Shown in pieces: positions 1 through 11,300 of a stretch of DNA of 64,000 nt (the first letter of the stretch is position 1; every line of letters begins with the position of its first letter). This DNA is from Terriglobia bacterium (GTDB lineage Bacteria > Acidobacteriota > Terriglobia > 2-12-FULL-54-10), in NCBI GenBank assembly GCA_963666975.2, contig CAXVYR010000003.1, positions 256,001 through 320,000 of the forward strand, in the 5' to 3' direction. The position numbers and the translations under genes were made by a program. The notes beneath the pieces were generated by a model, which saw only the letters and a list, made by a program, of their open reading frames with translations, made no database searches and was not told the DNA's origin.

Positions 1-2
1 AC

Positions 3-800
3 CGGTTTGAAGTGGTCAACGACCGCTTTCTGCTGCCGTTGCTGATGAACATGACCATATTCTCGGCCATCGGCTCCACGGAACGCATGGTGGGCGAATC
101 CACATTCCAGGTGGAGCAGACCATCTCGCTCGACGGGCTTCCGGATGTGAAGCTCGAAAATTATTTCAGCGGCATTGCCAACGGCGCCATCCGGGCCGCC
201 CAATCTGCCACCGCTCCGCTGGTCTATCTGATGCAGAGCGGATTGGGGAAAACGGATATCCAGAAGGTCCACCTCCGGGTTACCTCCACGGACCGCCAGA
301 TGACTCAGACGCTGGATCAGGTTTGGGTGGACCGGCGGGAGGTCAAGGCAGGCGAGAAGATGGAAGTGACCGCTCTGCTCCACTCCCAGAATGGGGAGGA
401 GACGGTGCAAAAGGCGTGGGTGGAAGTTCCGGCCAGCCTGACGCCGGGCCCGCTGACCATTACCGTGGCCGATGGAAGTTCCCTGGACCGGCGGGAGGCG
501 TTGCGGGGAGGCAGGCGGGTTCTGCCTAAAAATCCGGAGCAACTGGTCCGGGCCATTAACAAGTCACGCCGGAACAACCGGCTGTATGTGCGTCTGGAGC
601 GGCGCGAGACAGGGTTTGTTCTCCAAGGGGAGACCTTTCCTTCCCCTCCGCCCTCGGTCGTGCGCGTTTTTTCCACCGATCCTTCACTCGGCACAACCAT
701 CGCCCCGACCGGCCTGTCCACTGTGGCCGACTATGAGCTCGATTCCTTGCCCTCCGTCTTAACCGGGTACAAGAGAATTGCAGTGACCGTAACAAATTGA
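3..800 (+). CDS. SpoIVB peptidase S55-domain-type protein, C-terminal part (5' end outside window)
   Basis: Frame open from the window edge. The tail (…V.VPASL.PG.L.I.VADG…LV.AIN..R.NNRLYV.L) resembles the C-terminus of acidobacterial S55 proteins that precede a propeller gene (recognition, not a search). Confidence 0.6.
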   Translation, partial: RFEVVNDRFLLPLLMNMTIFSAIGSTERMVGESTFQVEQTISLDGLPDVKLENYFSGIANGAIRAAQSATAPLVYLMQSGLGKTDIQKVHLRVTSTDRQMTQTLDQVWVDRREVKAGEKMEVTALLHSQNGEETVQKAWVEVPASLTPGPLTITVADGSSLDRREALRGGRRVLPKNPEQLVRAINKSRRNNRLYVRLERRETGFVLQGETFPSPPPSVVRVFSTDPSLGTTIAPTGLSTVADYELDSLPSVLTGYKRIAVTVTN

Positions 801-1002
801 ATAACGATTGAATGATTGAACGATTGCAGTGATTTTTATGATGTTCCCCAGCAAATATCCGGACCGCGTTTCCACCCGCCGCAGACGGATGGGCAGTCTT
901 TTCTTCCGGCGGCAGGCAGGGCGTGACGCGGCAAAGTTAGTAGCACAGTTCGTAGCGAGGTCAGCCGAGACGGCCCGAGAGACGGCCCAAGAGACGGCCA
1001 GG

Positions 1003-3291
1003 ATGCTCAGGAATGCGGTTGTCTTGAATGCGGTTATCCTAGCGTTGCTAGTTAGCTCCTGGGCGTGGGCCGTCAATACGCAATTCTGGTCGAGCGCGAC
1101 CTTTGAAGATTTTGAGCGCGGCAATCTGGACGGAGTTTCCCTGAGCCGGGAGGGCCGCATGACGCTGGCCCCCAAACTGGAGGAGCTGTTCAGCACGGAT
1201 CAGGCAATGATCTGGGCGGTGGCGCAGGACAAACAGGGAAATGTTTATCTGGGCACAGGGCACAGCGGCAAAGTCTTTCGGATGGGCCCGGAGCTGGAGG
1301 GTTCTCTGTTCTACGACGCTCCCGAGCCGGATATCTTTGCGATGGCTGTGGACAACGACGGGCGGCTGTATGTGGGGACATCCCCGGACGGCAAGGTCTA
1401 CCAGGTAGACTCCTCCGGCGAGGGACGGGAGTTTTTTGACCCGGAGTCCAAATATATTTGGTCTCTCGCGTTTGCCGCCGATGGCGCGCTGTACGTGGGT
1501 ACGGGAGACCGCGGAAAGATCTATCGCGTCCCCGCCAGCGGCGAGGGCGAGCTGTATTATGACACCCAGCAGAATCACATCATGAGCTTGGCCGTGACTC
1601 CGGACAACGAATTGATCGCCGGCACAGAACCGAACGGCCTGCTCTACCGGGTGTCGGGGCCGGGGAAAGCTTTTGTGCTCTATGACTCTCCTATTACGGA
1701 GATTCACAGCGTCGCGGTTTCCCCCGATGGCGACATATTTGCCTCGGCCATGGGACGTCCCGGCCGGGGCGGCTTACGCCAGCTTGGCGCTCCCGTTCGG
1801 GGCGGGCAAACTCCGGTGCGAACTGCAACAACCATCACCGTCCGAGCTGCCGACGAGCCGGGACTTCCCCCAGGCGGGGCGGAAGAAGGACCGGGCCAGC
1901 CGGGAGATCCTAGCAGGCCGGGAAATCAACTGCCGGGGCAGACCGCGGTTCGTACGACGGGCGGCCTTCCCCGGGCGCAAAACCGGCGAACTACCCGAAG
2001 CGCTCTGTACCGGGTTCTGCCGGGCGGCGGTGTGGATACGCTCTGGGATTCGCGGCGCGAAAATATCTTTGACTTGTTGCCCGCCGGAGAAAAGCTCCTG
2101 TTTTCCACCGATCAAAAAGGGCGTATCTATGAGCTGACACTGGACCGGCAGCTTTCCCTTTTGGCGCAGACCGACCAGGAGCAGACCACTCGTTTGATTC
2201 CCTACAAAGATTTTGTGCTGGTGACCACCGCCAATCTGGGGAAAGTGTTTCGGCTGGGGACAAAACCAGCCGCCACCGGTTCATTCGAGTCCGAAGTCCG
2301 GGATGCAGGCAGCATCGCCCGTTGGGGCCAGATCAGTTGGAGCGCCGAGCTGCCTCCGGGATCGTCGCTGGAGCTGCTCACCCGGAGCGGCAATTCCCTC
2401 AAGCCCGACTCCACTTGGAGCGATTGGTCGCAGTCTTACCGGCAGGCAGAGGGGGAAAAGATAAGCAGTCCCCCAGCACGATATATGCAATGGAAGGCCG
2501 TGTTCCGCGCTGCAGCCAGCCGTGCCCCTGTTCTCTCGGAAGTAACCCTGGCCTATTTGCCCCAGAACCGGGCTCCGGTAATGACCGAGGTGAAGGTAAT
2601 CCCTCGTGGCGGCAGTGCCCCGTCAAGACCCACGCCGGCCAATTTAGCTGCGGCCAGGTCCATTCAGAACCTGACATCTGGCCGGGCGGCTTCTTCGCCC
2701 AGTACTTCCTCCCGGCGGGCTTCGGGGCAACAGGGATTGAACATGACATGGCTGGCGAATGACCCGGACCGCGATGAGCTTGCCTATGAACTGTACTTCC
2801 GAGGCGAGGGAGAAGCAGAGTGGAAGCCGCTGGCAAAGGACTTAAAACAGAATTACTTTCAACTGCAGAAAGATGCTCTTCCGGACGGCAAGTACCGGCT
2901 CAAGGTGAAGGCTTCCGATGCCGGAGTGAATCCGCAGGGGATGGCAAAGACGGCGGAGCGGATCAGTTCTCCCTTTCTGGTGGATGGCACGCCGCCCCAG
3001 GTGCAGGTTCAGCAGACCTCCCGCACAGGCCATTCTGCAACCGCCCGGTTTCGTGCCCTGGACCAGGCAAGCGTTCTTACACGGGCCGAGTATGCTGTGG
3101 ATGCCGAGCCGCCGCGGCCCTTATTCTCCGGCGATGGAATTGTCGATTCCAAACAAGAAACGTTCCTAGTGGAGATCGACGACATGGCGGCCGGGGAGCA
3201 TTTGATTACCTTGCGGGTCTACGATTCGGCCGGTAACGTTGGGGTGGGTAAGGCTCTGTTGCCTGCCAGCAATGCCGGGGGCGAGCAGTAA
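1003..3291 (+). CDS. Secreted beta-propeller protein with C-terminal FN3/Ig-like domains
   Basis: ORF 829..3291. The likely start is ATG 1003 (MLRNAVVLNAVILALLVSSWAWA signal peptide). Repeated blades [IW]x[LV]Ax..dG.LYVGT...GKVY; 'W.A.DPD.D.L.Y.LY' FN3-like segment. Confidence 0.75.
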   Translation: MLRNAVVLNAVILALLVSSWAWAVNTQFWSSATFEDFERGNLDGVSLSREGRMTLAPKLEELFSTDQAMIWAVAQDKQGNVYLGTGHSGKVFRMGPELEGSLFYDAPEPDIFAMAVDNDGRLYVGTSPDGKVYQVDSSGEGREFFDPESKYIWSLAFAADGALYVGTGDRGKIYRVPASGEGELYYDTQQNHIMSLAVTPDNELIAGTEPNGLLYRVSGPGKAFVLYDSPITEIHSVAVSPDGDIFASAMGRPGRGGLRQLGAPVRGGQTPVRTATTITVRAADEPGLPPGGAEEGPGQPGDPSRPGNQLPGQTAVRTTGGLPRAQNRRTTRSALYRVLPGGGVDTLWDSRRENIFDLLPAGEKLLFSTDQKGRIYELTLDRQLSLLAQTDQEQTTRLIPYKDFVLVTTANLGKVFRLGTKPAATGSFESEVRDAGSIARWGQISWSAELPPGSSLELLTRSGNSLKPDSTWSDWSQSYRQAEGEKISSPPARYMQWKAVFRAAASRAPVLSEVTLAYLPQNRAPVMTEVKVIPRGGSAPSRPTPANLAAARSIQNLTSGRAASSPSTSSRRASGQQGLNMTWLANDPDRDELAYELYFRGEGEAEWKPLAKDLKQNYFQLQKDALPDGKYRLKVKASDAGVNPQGMAKTAERISSPFLVDGTPPQVQVQQTSRTGHSATARFRALDQASVLTRAEYAVDAEPPRPLFSGDGIVDSKQETFLVEIDDMAAGEHLITLRVYDSAGNVGVGKALLPASNAGGEQ

Positions 3292-3481
3292 GTTGTTTAT
3301 TTTGAATAAAATAAATTTACTGAAGGGCAGCCTCATGGAGGAGCTTCCTGATTGGAGTGTTCCCGAGGCGCGGCCTGTTGATTTTTTTGCAGTTATTGCA
3401 GTTAATTGCGATTCCCATGCAACTTCAGGGAATATTTCCCGCATCTGAGCTAATGAGAGCAGGTGCGATTCGTAGAGCGAT

Positions 3482-4087
3482 TTGAATTCGAGCCCCTACG
3501 ATATTCCCAAAAGCTCGGAAGCTGAGGCGATTGAGCAGGCCAAGAATGGAAATGCCGACGCCTTTGAGCTTCTTTATAATGCCCACAAGCGCAGGGTTTA
3601 TTCGCTTTGTTTACGGATGATAGGGAATACGGCCGAAGCCGAGGATCTAACACAGGAAGTGTTTCTCCAGTTGTTCCGGAAGATCGGCACCTTCCGGGCC
3701 GAGGCGGCGTTTTCCACCTGGGTCCATCGTTTGACCGTCAATATGGTGTTGATGCGGCTCCGCAAGAAAAAGCTCGTGACCGCATCGCTGGAGGATATAT
3801 CCGGCCGGGATACAGAGAACGTTTCCAGCTACGATCCGGGAGCGGCCGATCCGGTGCTGGCCGGGTCGGTGGATCGCCTCAACCTGGAAAGGGCGATGCA
3901 GGCCTTGCCGGCCGGCTATCGGCTGATCTTCCAGCTTCACGACGTGGAAGGGTACGAGCATCAGGAAATTTCCAGCATGGTCGGATGCTCGGTCGGCAAT
4001 TCCAAGTCGCAACTGCACAAAGCCAGGATGAGGCTGCGCGAGCTGTTACAGGGGAAACCCTCTCCAACTCCCAAGAGCCCTCGGTGA
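3482..4087 (+). CDS. ECF RNA polymerase sigma factor (SigW/RpoE-like)
   Basis: Region 2 'AEDLTQEVFLQLFRKIGTFR..AAFSTWVHRLTVN'; region 4 'LHDVEGYEHQEI..VG.SKSQLHKAR'. Confidence 0.92.
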   Translation: MNSSPYDIPKSSEAEAIEQAKNGNADAFELLYNAHKRRVYSLCLRMIGNTAEAEDLTQEVFLQLFRKIGTFRAEAAFSTWVHRLTVNMVLMRLRKKKLVTASLEDISGRDTENVSSYDPGAADPVLAGSVDRLNLERAMQALPAGYRLIFQLHDVEGYEHQEISSMVGCSVGNSKSQLHKARMRLRELLQGKPSPTPKSPR

Positions 4088-4121
4088 AGCTGCTGTTTCA
4101 GCGGGGCGAGAGAGCTGCGTT

Positions 4122-4787
4122 ATGAACTGCGCGGAATTTGAACAACAGTTACAAGAAGTCGATCTATCCCCCCCGTCTCTATCCTCATCTGCCGGGATGG
4201 AAGCGCACCGCCAGGATTGCGCTGACTGCGCGAGCCTGATCGGCGATTTTGCCGACATCAGGCGGCAGGCCCGTCTGCTTCCGGAGGCAGAGCCCTCCGT
4301 GCAGGTGTGGCAGCGGATTCATCAGCAATTGCGGCAGGAGGGCCTGATCCAGGCCCCCGCACCCCTCCCGTTTTCTCCGGCGGCAAGGATAAGGATGGGG
4401 TGGTTCCCGCGCGTGCAGATGGGCATGGCCTACGCTGCCATGTTCCTGGTGGGGCTGGGCGTGGTCTATCTGTACAGTGTGGGCACGGCTACGCCGGATT
4501 TGTTCCGGGAGCCTCCAATCACAGTAGCTACAGTTCCAGCCATTCCGGTGGAACAGAGCCTTTCCGAGGAGAGTGACGAGCCCCTTTTGCATCTCATTGA
4601 GAAGGCTCCCCTGGAGAAGCGCGCCACCTACGCGACGAACCTCAACCGGGTAAACACTTCGATCCACCAGTTGAATGCCTTCCTGGCGGAGCATCCGGAG
4701 GACTGGTTTGCTCGCGAACAGCTTTTGAATGCCTATCAGCAAAAGGAACGGCTATGGAATACCTTGGTCAATTGGGAAGAGTTCTAA
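4122..4787 (+). CDS. Membrane anti-sigma factor with zinc-binding (ZAS) motif
   Basis: N-terminal C...HxxxCxxC (HRQDCADC), single TM helix, directly downstream of the ECF sigma gene. Confidence 0.8.
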   Translation: MNCAEFEQQLQEVDLSPPSLSSSAGMEAHRQDCADCASLIGDFADIRRQARLLPEAEPSVQVWQRIHQQLRQEGLIQAPAPLPFSPAARIRMGWFPRVQMGMAYAAMFLVGLGVVYLYSVGTATPDLFREPPITVATVPAIPVEQSLSEESDEPLLHLIEKAPLEKRATYATNLNRVNTSIHQLNAFLAEHPEDWFAREQLLNAYQQKERLWNTLVNWEEF

Positions 4788-4810
4788 GCCGGGCGGTTTT
4801 GGCGCCCGCC

Positions 4811-5695
4811 ATGCAAATGCCGCATACGGGGCAAACGCTGCGAATGCGGATGCCTGTTGCCGTCGTGGCAGCCGCTGTGCTCTGCTGGGGCATTCCGGCA
4901 ATCCAGGCTGAGCAGATCCAAAAGAACTTTCCCACCTCCGCTACTCCTTCTTTTCTCTTGCATAACCATACCGGCAGCATCTCGGTGAAAAGCTGGGAGC
5001 AAAACGAAATAGAAATCCGAGGTGAGAGCTTCTCCGATGACGTGGAGGTCATGATCGAGGGTGGATCGGAGAAGGTGAGCGTGCAGACACACCCCAAGCG
5101 GGAGGGAGTGCCGCCGCAGGAACTCAGGGTGGACTTTCAGATTCGTGTGCCCCGTCAGGCCACGGTGCGGCTCGATTGCGAGAGCGGAAGCCTCATCTCC
5201 GTGGAAGACCTGCAAGGAGACGTTTTCATTGAGGCGGTCAGCGGGCGTGTGGAATTGTCCCGGATTCAGGGAAGTATCGCCGTCCGCACAATGGACGCCC
5301 CCATCTTCATACGCGATTCCGACGGCCACATTGAAGCCCGGTCCATCAGCGGGGACTTGGAGTTTGTCGGGGTCAATGGCTCCCAGTTGGTCGGCAACAC
5401 CAATTCCGGCACCATCAGCTACGAAGGAGATTTCGGCTCCGGCGGCAATTACATTTTGAACAACCACAGCTCTTGGATCCGCATCCAGCCCTCCCGCCAG
5501 TCCAGTTTTGATTTGAAGGCCCGGGCGGTGGAAGGGGTCATCGAGAGCGATCTCTCTTTCAGTCCCACTCCGCTCGCCACCCCCTTCCGCCGCTTGTCTC
5601 CTCGCAAATTCATTCAGGGCCGCATCAATAGTGGCGAGTCTACCGTCACGATCACCTCGTTTAGTGGTACAATTCGGCTGCACCGTCCTCGGTGA
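4811..5695 (+). CDS. DUF4097/adhesin-like beta-strand-repeat exported protein
   Basis: Signal peptide, repeated 'T.SG.I.' beta motifs; typical third gene of ECF operons. Start uncertain (4811-4850). Confidence 0.75.
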   Translation: MQMPHTGQTLRMRMPVAVVAAAVLCWGIPAIQAEQIQKNFPTSATPSFLLHNHTGSISVKSWEQNEIEIRGESFSDDVEVMIEGGSEKVSVQTHPKREGVPPQELRVDFQIRVPRQATVRLDCESGSLISVEDLQGDVFIEAVSGRVELSRIQGSIAVRTMDAPIFIRDSDGHIEARSISGDLEFVGVNGSQLVGNTNSGTISYEGDFGSGGNYILNNHSSWIRIQPSRQSSFDLKARAVEGVIESDLSFSPTPLATPFRRLSPRKFIQGRINSGESTVTITSFSGTIRLHRPR

Positions 5696-5801
5696 GCGGC
5701 TGGCGTCTGCCGGAGAGCGCTTCTGCATCCCGCAGGAGTTGCTGTTTCCAGAGACTTGCCAGGCGGCGAATAGCGGGAGTGCCGCTCCATCCAAACAGGG
5801 A

Positions 5802-6365
5802 ATGACTTCTCTTTCTTCTCCTTCATCGATTGCGCAAAACGGAGTCTTTTTGGCTGGCTTCATGGGCTGCGGGAAGACCACGGTCGGTTTGCTTCTGTCA
5901 CGGAAGCTTGCCTGGAAATTCATTGATTTGGATGAACAGATCGAGCAAGCTGAAGGCGCGACCATTGCCGAAATTTTCGCGCGGGCGGGCGAAGCCGCCT
6001 TTCGCAAAAAGGAGCGAGAAGCTCTGGGGAGAATCTTGCAGGAAACTGCGCAGGCGAGCGGCCGCGTAGTGGCGCTGGGCGGAGGGACGTTTGCCCAGCC
6101 GCAAAACTTTGAAATGCTCGAACGCTGGGGAGCGACGACCATCTGGCTGGAATGCCCGGTGGAAGTGTTGTTGTTGCGTTGCGCCTTGATGACCCATCGC
6201 CCTTTATTCCGTGACGAGGCCAGCTTCCGACAACTGTACCAGGAGCGGTTGCCTTTCTATCAGCGAGCGACCTGCACGGTTCACGCCGGGCAAGCGGGCC
6301 CCGAGGAGGTAGTGAGCCAGATCCTGGCTGCGCCCGCCTTGAAGGGAGTGGTATGCCGAGGTTGA
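5802..6365 (+). CDS. aroK: Shikimate kinase
   Basis: GFMGCGKTTVG P-loop, FIDLD, GE..FR..E, VVALGGG, RPL motifs. Confidence 0.92.
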   Translation: MTSLSSPSSIAQNGVFLAGFMGCGKTTVGLLLSRKLAWKFIDLDEQIEQAEGATIAEIFARAGEAAFRKKEREALGRILQETAQASGRVVALGGGTFAQPQNFEMLERWGATTIWLECPVEVLLLRCALMTHRPLFRDEASFRQLYQERLPFYQRATCTVHAGQAGPEEVVSQILAAPALKGVVCRG

Positions 6366-7210
6366 AGCACGTCTTGTTCAGAAAAAGCCCGTTGGAAATT
6401 AGCCCGTCTGGAAAAGGTTGGCGCACGATTTCGGGAGACCATCCACGGCCTTCGACGGAACTTCGGGCTGTTAGTTGCTCGTTTCCATTGCTGCTGCTCT
6501 GGCTCGCGACCCTGGCGGCAGGCAGGATGCCGGTCGCCCATGCGGCTCAAGATGCCTCTAGCTCTACCGCTACCTCTATCTCCATCGCCACCTCCAACGC
6601 CACCGAGCAAGGCGTGTTTTCCATTCTTGCGGGAAACCGCAAAATCGGCACGGAGACATTCCAGATTGTTTCCTCCGCTTCCGGCTACGAAGCAACCGGC
6701 GAAATATCTCTGGCCGTCCCTGGAGGTTCCAGCCTGTCGGAAGGCTCCACTTTGCGGGTGGACTCGAACCTGCAGCCGGTCTCATACGACAGGCGACAGA
6801 AAGCCCCGCAACAGGGAAGCGTCACGGCGCGTTTCGGATCACCCGAAACGATGCTGGTTTCCGAGACGGAGGAGGGGTCTCAGAACCGCATCTTCTATCT
6901 TCCCGATACCGATCTGGTCGTATTAGACACGAATTTCTTTCACCACTACGCTTTTCTGCTGCGCCTGTACGACGATTCCAAACCCGGTCCGCAGCACTTC
7001 AACGTTTTTATCCCTCAAGAGGCGGCGCCGGGCACGATCAGCCTGTCGTTCCAGGGCAGGGAAGATCAAACCGCAGGGGGCGTCACCGCAGACTTGAATC
7101 ATTATCAGGTGGTGACCGATCAGATCACCATGGAGATTTGGGCCTCGCCGGATGCAAGGATTCACCGGATTATGATTCCCCAGGCGAATCTGGAAGTCGT
7201 ACGCCAATGA
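6353..7210 (+). CDS. Exported hypothetical beta-rich protein
   Basis: 285-aa ORF with a hydrophobic signal-like segment; true start may be downstream. Confidence 0.6.
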   Translation: MPRLKHVLFRKSPLEISPSGKGWRTISGDHPRPSTELRAVSCSFPLLLLWLATLAAGRMPVAHAAQDASSSTATSISIATSNATEQGVFSILAGNRKIGTETFQIVSSASGYEATGEISLAVPGGSSLSEGSTLRVDSNLQPVSYDRRQKAPQQGSVTARFGSPETMLVSETEEGSQNRIFYLPDTDLVVLDTNFFHHYAFLLRLYDDSKPGPQHFNVFIPQEAAPGTISLSFQGREDQTAGGVTADLNHYQVVTDQITMEIWASPDARIHRIMIPQANLEVVRQ

Positions 7211-7227
7211 GAGGCTGCACGCAAACC

Positions 7228-7393
7228 ATCCGAGCCGCGACTGTAAAGGAGCGGGTTGCGGCAAGGTGCTGGGACATATTCTTGCGGATTGGGTGGGCCT
7301 GACAAAACCCCGCTCCCTCACCCTTCGACTTCGCTCCCTTCGACTTCGCTCAGGGCAGGCAGGGCAGGCGGGGCAGGCTCTCGCGGCTCGGAT
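7228..7393. repeat. REP-like inverted-repeat element with nested CCCTTCGACTTCGCTCAGGGCAGGC mini-repeats
   Basis: ATCCGAGCCGCGA..GGAGCGGG (from 7228) pairs with CCCGCTCC..TCGCGGCTCGGAT (to 7393). The right arm is interrupted at 7321-7378 by duplicated CCCTTCGACTTCGCT and three [A/G]GGGCAGGC units. Confidence 0.75.
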
Positions 7394-7576
7394 TCGGCGT
7401 TTTTCTTCTGACTTCTCTTTTTTGGTTGCCGCTCTGCGTTCTCTGTGTCTCCGTGGCTGAAAAGTCTTTAAGCCCGCTTGGGAATCCCCGCCAGCCTCTT
7501 ACACAATACCCAATCCTCCCCTATAATGCCTTTTTGATCCTCTTGGGTCGCCATCCTTGCGCGCGTGAAGGTGCTC

Positions 7577-10027
7577 ATGAAGTGGAATGTCGAACGAGCG
7601 GTGGTTCTGGGCGCAGGCACGATGGGCGCTCAGATTGCAGCCCACCTCGCCAATTGCGGTATTCCCACACGCTTGCTGGACATGGTGCCCGAGCAACTGA
7701 CGCCGGAGGAAAAGAAGAAGGGTCTTAGCCTAAGTTCGCCCCTGGTGCGCAACCGGCTTGCAAAGGCTGGCATAGAATCTGCCCGGAAAACCAAACCGCC
7801 GGCCTTCTTTCTGCCGGAGAGGGCCTCCTGGATTACTCCTGGAAATTTTGAGGACAATCTTTCCTCGGTGGCTGAGGCCGACTGGATTATCGAGGCGGTG
7901 TCGGAGAACCTGGAGGTCAAGCGCGGACTTTTGGAGCGCGTCTTGGCATTCCGCAAGCCGGGAACAGTGGTCAGCTCCAACACCAGCGGATTGCCGTTGG
8001 GACGCATGGCAGCCGGTTTTCCGGAGGAGTTTCGCCGCCACTGGCTGGGCGTCCATTTTTTTAACCCTCCCCGGTATTTGCATCTGTGCGAGCTGATCCC
8101 AGGTCCGGACACTTTGCCCGAGGTCGTGGAGGCCGTCGCCGGCTTCGCAGACATGCGCCTCGGCAAGGGCGTGGTGCCCGCTCGGGACACGCCCAACTTC
8201 ATCGCCAACCGGATCGGAGCGTTTTTTGCCTGTAACATTTTCCGCGTCATGGAAATGGAAATGGAAGAGGAGGGCCTTGCCGAAGAAAAGTTTGCCGAAG
8301 AAAGCTTTACCATTGAAGAGGTCGATCAGCTCACCGGCCCCGCCTTGGGATGGCCCAAGACCGCCACGTTCGGCACAATCGACCTGGTAGGTCTGGACGT
8401 TCTAGCCAGCGTCACACGCAACCTGCTGGAGAATGTTCCGGGAGACGAGAGCAGGGAACTCTTCCGTCTTCCAGCCTTCATGGAAAAGATGCTCTCGCAG
8501 GGCCTGCTCGGCGCCAAGACGGGAGCAGGCTTCTACAAGCGCGTGAAACAGGCTTCCGGAAGCGGTGACACTCTCGTAATCGATCCAAAAACTCTGGAGT
8601 ATCGCCCGCAGAAAAAAGCTCAGTTTGCTTCTCTAGAGACCGGCAGGGGCATCGAGGACATCCGGGAGCGTGTCCGGATGCTCGCCGTGTCGGATGACCG
8701 TGCCGGACGCTTCCTGTGGAAGGCCTTGAGCCGGACGTTTCTATACGCCGCCCGGCGCATCCCGGAGATTGCCGACCGGATTGTCGAAATCGACCGGGCC
8801 ATGCGGTGGGGATTCGGCTGGAAACTGGGTCCGTTTGAACTATGGGACGCAATCGGGTTGGAGGATTCCGTCCAGAGGATGGAAGGGGAAGGAAGCAAGA
8901 TGCCGGAGATCATTCGGCAAATGCTTTCGTCGGGGCGTAAGAGTTTCTATGAGAATGCGGAACTGGGGTTGTTGTACTTCGATTTCGGCCGGGGCAACTA
9001 CCGGCTGGTAGAACAGCCGCCGGGCGTCCTGCTGCTCGGTGTACAGGGCTCCCATCCCGTCATCGAAAAAAATGACGATGCCAGCCTGCTCGATCTCGGC
9101 GATGGGGTGGCGTGCGTGGAGTTCCACAGCAAGGGGAACGCTATCGGTGCCGGAACCATTGCCATGGTGGAGAGCGGCCTCCGGGAGCTATCCGCGAATT
9201 TTGACGCTTTGGTGATTGCCAACCAGGGGACCAATTTTTCAGCGGGCGCCAATCTGCAGTTGCTGCTGGAGGAAATTCGGGCGGAGCATTGGGAGGCGCT
9301 GGACCGGATGCTCCGCAGCTTCCAGCAAATGAACATGGCGGTTAAATACTCGCCGAAACCGGTTGTGGTGGCTCCCTTCCGGTTCACGCTGGGCGGTGGC
9401 TGCGAGATGGCGCTCGCGGCTTCGCGCGTGCAGGCGTCGGCGGAAACCTACATGGGATTGGTGGAGACGGGCGTGGGCTTGTTGCCCGGCGCAGGCGGCA
9501 CAAAAGAGATGGCGCTGCGGGCGGCGGACTCTCTCCCCGCCGGGTCCGAGTTGCTTCCGGCCATCCGCGAAGTGTTCCAGACGATTACCAACGCCAAGGT
9601 CTCCGGCAGCGCGGAGGAGGCGCGGCAACTGCGGTTCCTGGGGCCTGCCGATGGAATTACGCTGAACCCGGACCGCCTGGCCGCCGACGCCAAACAAACT
9701 GCCCTGGAAATGGCGCGCAATAACTGGAAACGCGCTCATCCGGTCCCGCGCACCGATGTTCGCGTGCTGGGGGAGGGAGGCCTGGCGGAGCTGAAGATCA
9801 GCATCCACTTGTTCCGGAGCGGCGGCTTCATCAGCGGCCATGACGCCCTCATCGCAGGAAAGATTGCCCACGTGCTGTGCGGGGGCAAGCTGACCGGCCC
9901 GGCTGCCGTCAGCGAACAGTATCTGCTGGACATGGAGCGGGAGGCTTCGTTGAGCCTCTACGGCGAGCCCAAAACACAGGCCCGCATCGAGCATATGCTC
10001 CGGGCAGGCAAGCCGCTGCGAAACTGA
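7577..10027 (+). CDS. fadN: 3-hydroxyacyl-CoA dehydrogenase / enoyl-CoA hydratase (FadN-type)
   Basis: VLGAGTMG Rossmann motif, [28 protein letters not shown]; C-terminal GKPLRN. Confidence 0.92.
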   Translation: MKWNVERAVVLGAGTMGAQIAAHLANCGIPTRLLDMVPEQLTPEEKKKGLSLSSPLVRNRLAKAGIESARKTKPPAFFLPERASWITPGNFEDNLSSVAEADWIIEAVSENLEVKRGLLERVLAFRKPGTVVSSNTSGLPLGRMAAGFPEEFRRHWLGVHFFNPPRYLHLCELIPGPDTLPEVVEAVAGFADMRLGKGVVPARDTPNFIANRIGAFFACNIFRVMEMEMEEEGLAEEKFAEESFTIEEVDQLTGPALGWPKTATFGTIDLVGLDVLASVTRNLLENVPGDESRELFRLPAFMEKMLSQGLLGAKTGAGFYKRVKQASGSGDTLVIDPKTLEYRPQKKAQFASLETGRGIEDIRERVRMLAVSDDRAGRFLWKALSRTFLYAARRIPEIADRIVEIDRAMRWGFGWKLGPFELWDAIGLEDSVQRMEGEGSKMPEIIRQMLSSGRKSFYENAELGLLYFDFGRGNYRLVEQPPGVLLLGVQGSHPVIEKNDDASLLDLGDGVACVEFHSKGNAIGAGTIAMVESGLRELSANFDALVIANQGTNFSAGANLQLLLEEIRAEHWEALDRMLRSFQQMNMAVKYSPKPVVVAPFRFTLGGGCEMALAASRVQASAETYMGLVETGVGLLPGAGGTKEMALRAADSLPAGSELLPAIREVFQTITNAKVSGSAEEARQLRFLGPADGITLNPDRLAADAKQTALEMARNNWKRAHPVPRTDVRVLGEGGLAELKISIHLFRSGGFISGHDALIAGKIAHVLCGGKLTGPAAVSEQYLLDMEREASLSLYGEPKTQARIEHMLRAGKPLRN

Positions 10028-10103
10028 TTCGCCGTTTGGTTCATCTATTAAAGAGCGGGTGCCGGATCAAAAAGTTGCAGGAAAAAGGAAACGGAGGTTG
10101 GCT

Positions 10104-11300
10104 ATGAAAGAAGCCGTCATCGTAACAAGTCTTCGCACTGCGATCGGCAAAGCGCCCCGGGGGACGCTGCGCTACACGCGGCCCGACGACATGGCCGCCA
10201 CCGTTCTGTCGGAGGCGCTGCGGCGCACGCCTGGCCTCCAGGCTGAGGAGATCGAAGACGTGATTCTCGGCTGCGCCATTCCCGAGGGAGAGCAGGGCCA
10301 TAACATGGCACGCATCGCCACCCTGCGTGCCGGCCTGCCCCCGACGGTTTCGGCGATGACCATCAACCGGTTTTGTTCTTCCGGGCTGCAATCCATCGCT
10401 ATGGCGGCCGAGCGCATCCTGGCCGGTTTTGCCGATGTGATCATAGCCGGGGGAGCCGAGTCCATGAGCATGGTTCCTATGACCGGGCACAAGCTGGCTC
10501 CCAATCCCTACCTGGCCGATTGCTATCCGGATGTTTATATCAATATGGGGCTCACGGCGGAAAACCTGGCCCGCAAGTACAGCATCACGCGCGAGGACGC
10601 CGACGCGTTTGCTCTGGCCAGCCACCAGAAGGCGGCGGCAGCCATCCGCGACGGCAAATTCACCGGCGAGATTGTTCCTTTGGATGTGACCACTACCGTT
10701 GTCTCCAGCGGACAGGACGGCAACGGCGCTAATACGGAAATCAAAAAGAGAACCTTTGCAATGGACGAGTGCCCGCGTTTGGATGCCTCCCTGGAGGCGC
10801 TTGTAAAACTCAGGCCGGTTTTCCATGCACGGGGGACCGTGACGGCTGGCAATTCCTCGCAGATGAGCGACGGAGCCGCCGCCGCCGTGGTGATGTCCGG
10901 GGAGCGAGCCAAGACGCTGGGATTAAAACCCCTGGCCCGCTTCCTGGCATTCGCAACCGGTGGCGTTCCGCCGGAGGTCATGGGGATCGGGCCGGTCGTA
11001 GCAATTCCCAAGGCGTTGCGCCTGGCCGGGGTGAAGTTGGCTGACATCGATCTGGTTGAGTTGAACGAGGCCTTCGCGGCGCAGTCGCTCGCCGTGATTC
11101 AAGAAGCCGGGCTCGATCCTGCCAAGGTAAACGTGAACGGAGGGGCCGTGGCTCTGGGACATCCGCTGGGTTGCACCGGCGCGAAACTCACCGCCACCTT
11201 GCTGGCGGAGATGAAGCGGAGAGGTTCCCGCTACGGCATGGTGACCATGTGCATCGGCGGCGGCATGGGGGCTGCGGGCGTCTTTGAGAATTTGAATTAG
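10104..11300 (+). CDS. fadA: Acetyl-CoA C-acyltransferase (thiolase)
   Basis: [30 protein letters not shown] motifs; RBS GGAGG before ATG 10104. Confidence 0.95.
   Translation: MKEAVIVTSLRTAIGKAPRGTLRYTRPDDMAATVLSEALRRTPGLQAEEIEDVILGCAIPEGEQGHNMARIATLRAGLPPTVSAMTINRFCSSGLQSIAMAAERILAGFADVIIAGGAESMSMVPMTGHKLAPNPYLADCYPDVYINMGLTAENLARKYSITREDADAFALASHQKAAAAIRDGKFTGEIVPLDVTTTVVSSGQDGNGANTEIKKRTFAMDECPRLDASLEALVKLRPVFHARGTVTAGNSSQMSDGAAAAVVMSGERAKTLGLKPLARFLAFATGGVPPEVMGIGPVVAIPKALRLAGVKLADIDLVELNEAFAAQSLAVIQEAGLDPAKVNVNGGAVALGHPLGCTGAKLTATLLAEMKRRGSRYGMVTMCIGGGMGAAGVFENLN

Noticed and set aside
967-1000. 12-bp tandem repeats GAGACGGCC
   Set aside because: Short slippage repeats upstream of the probable start; no evident function.
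4784-6142. 452-aa minus-strand ORF and the many similar antisense ORFs in the track
   Set aside because: Shadow ORFs of well-supported genes in GC-rich DNA, with no motifs.
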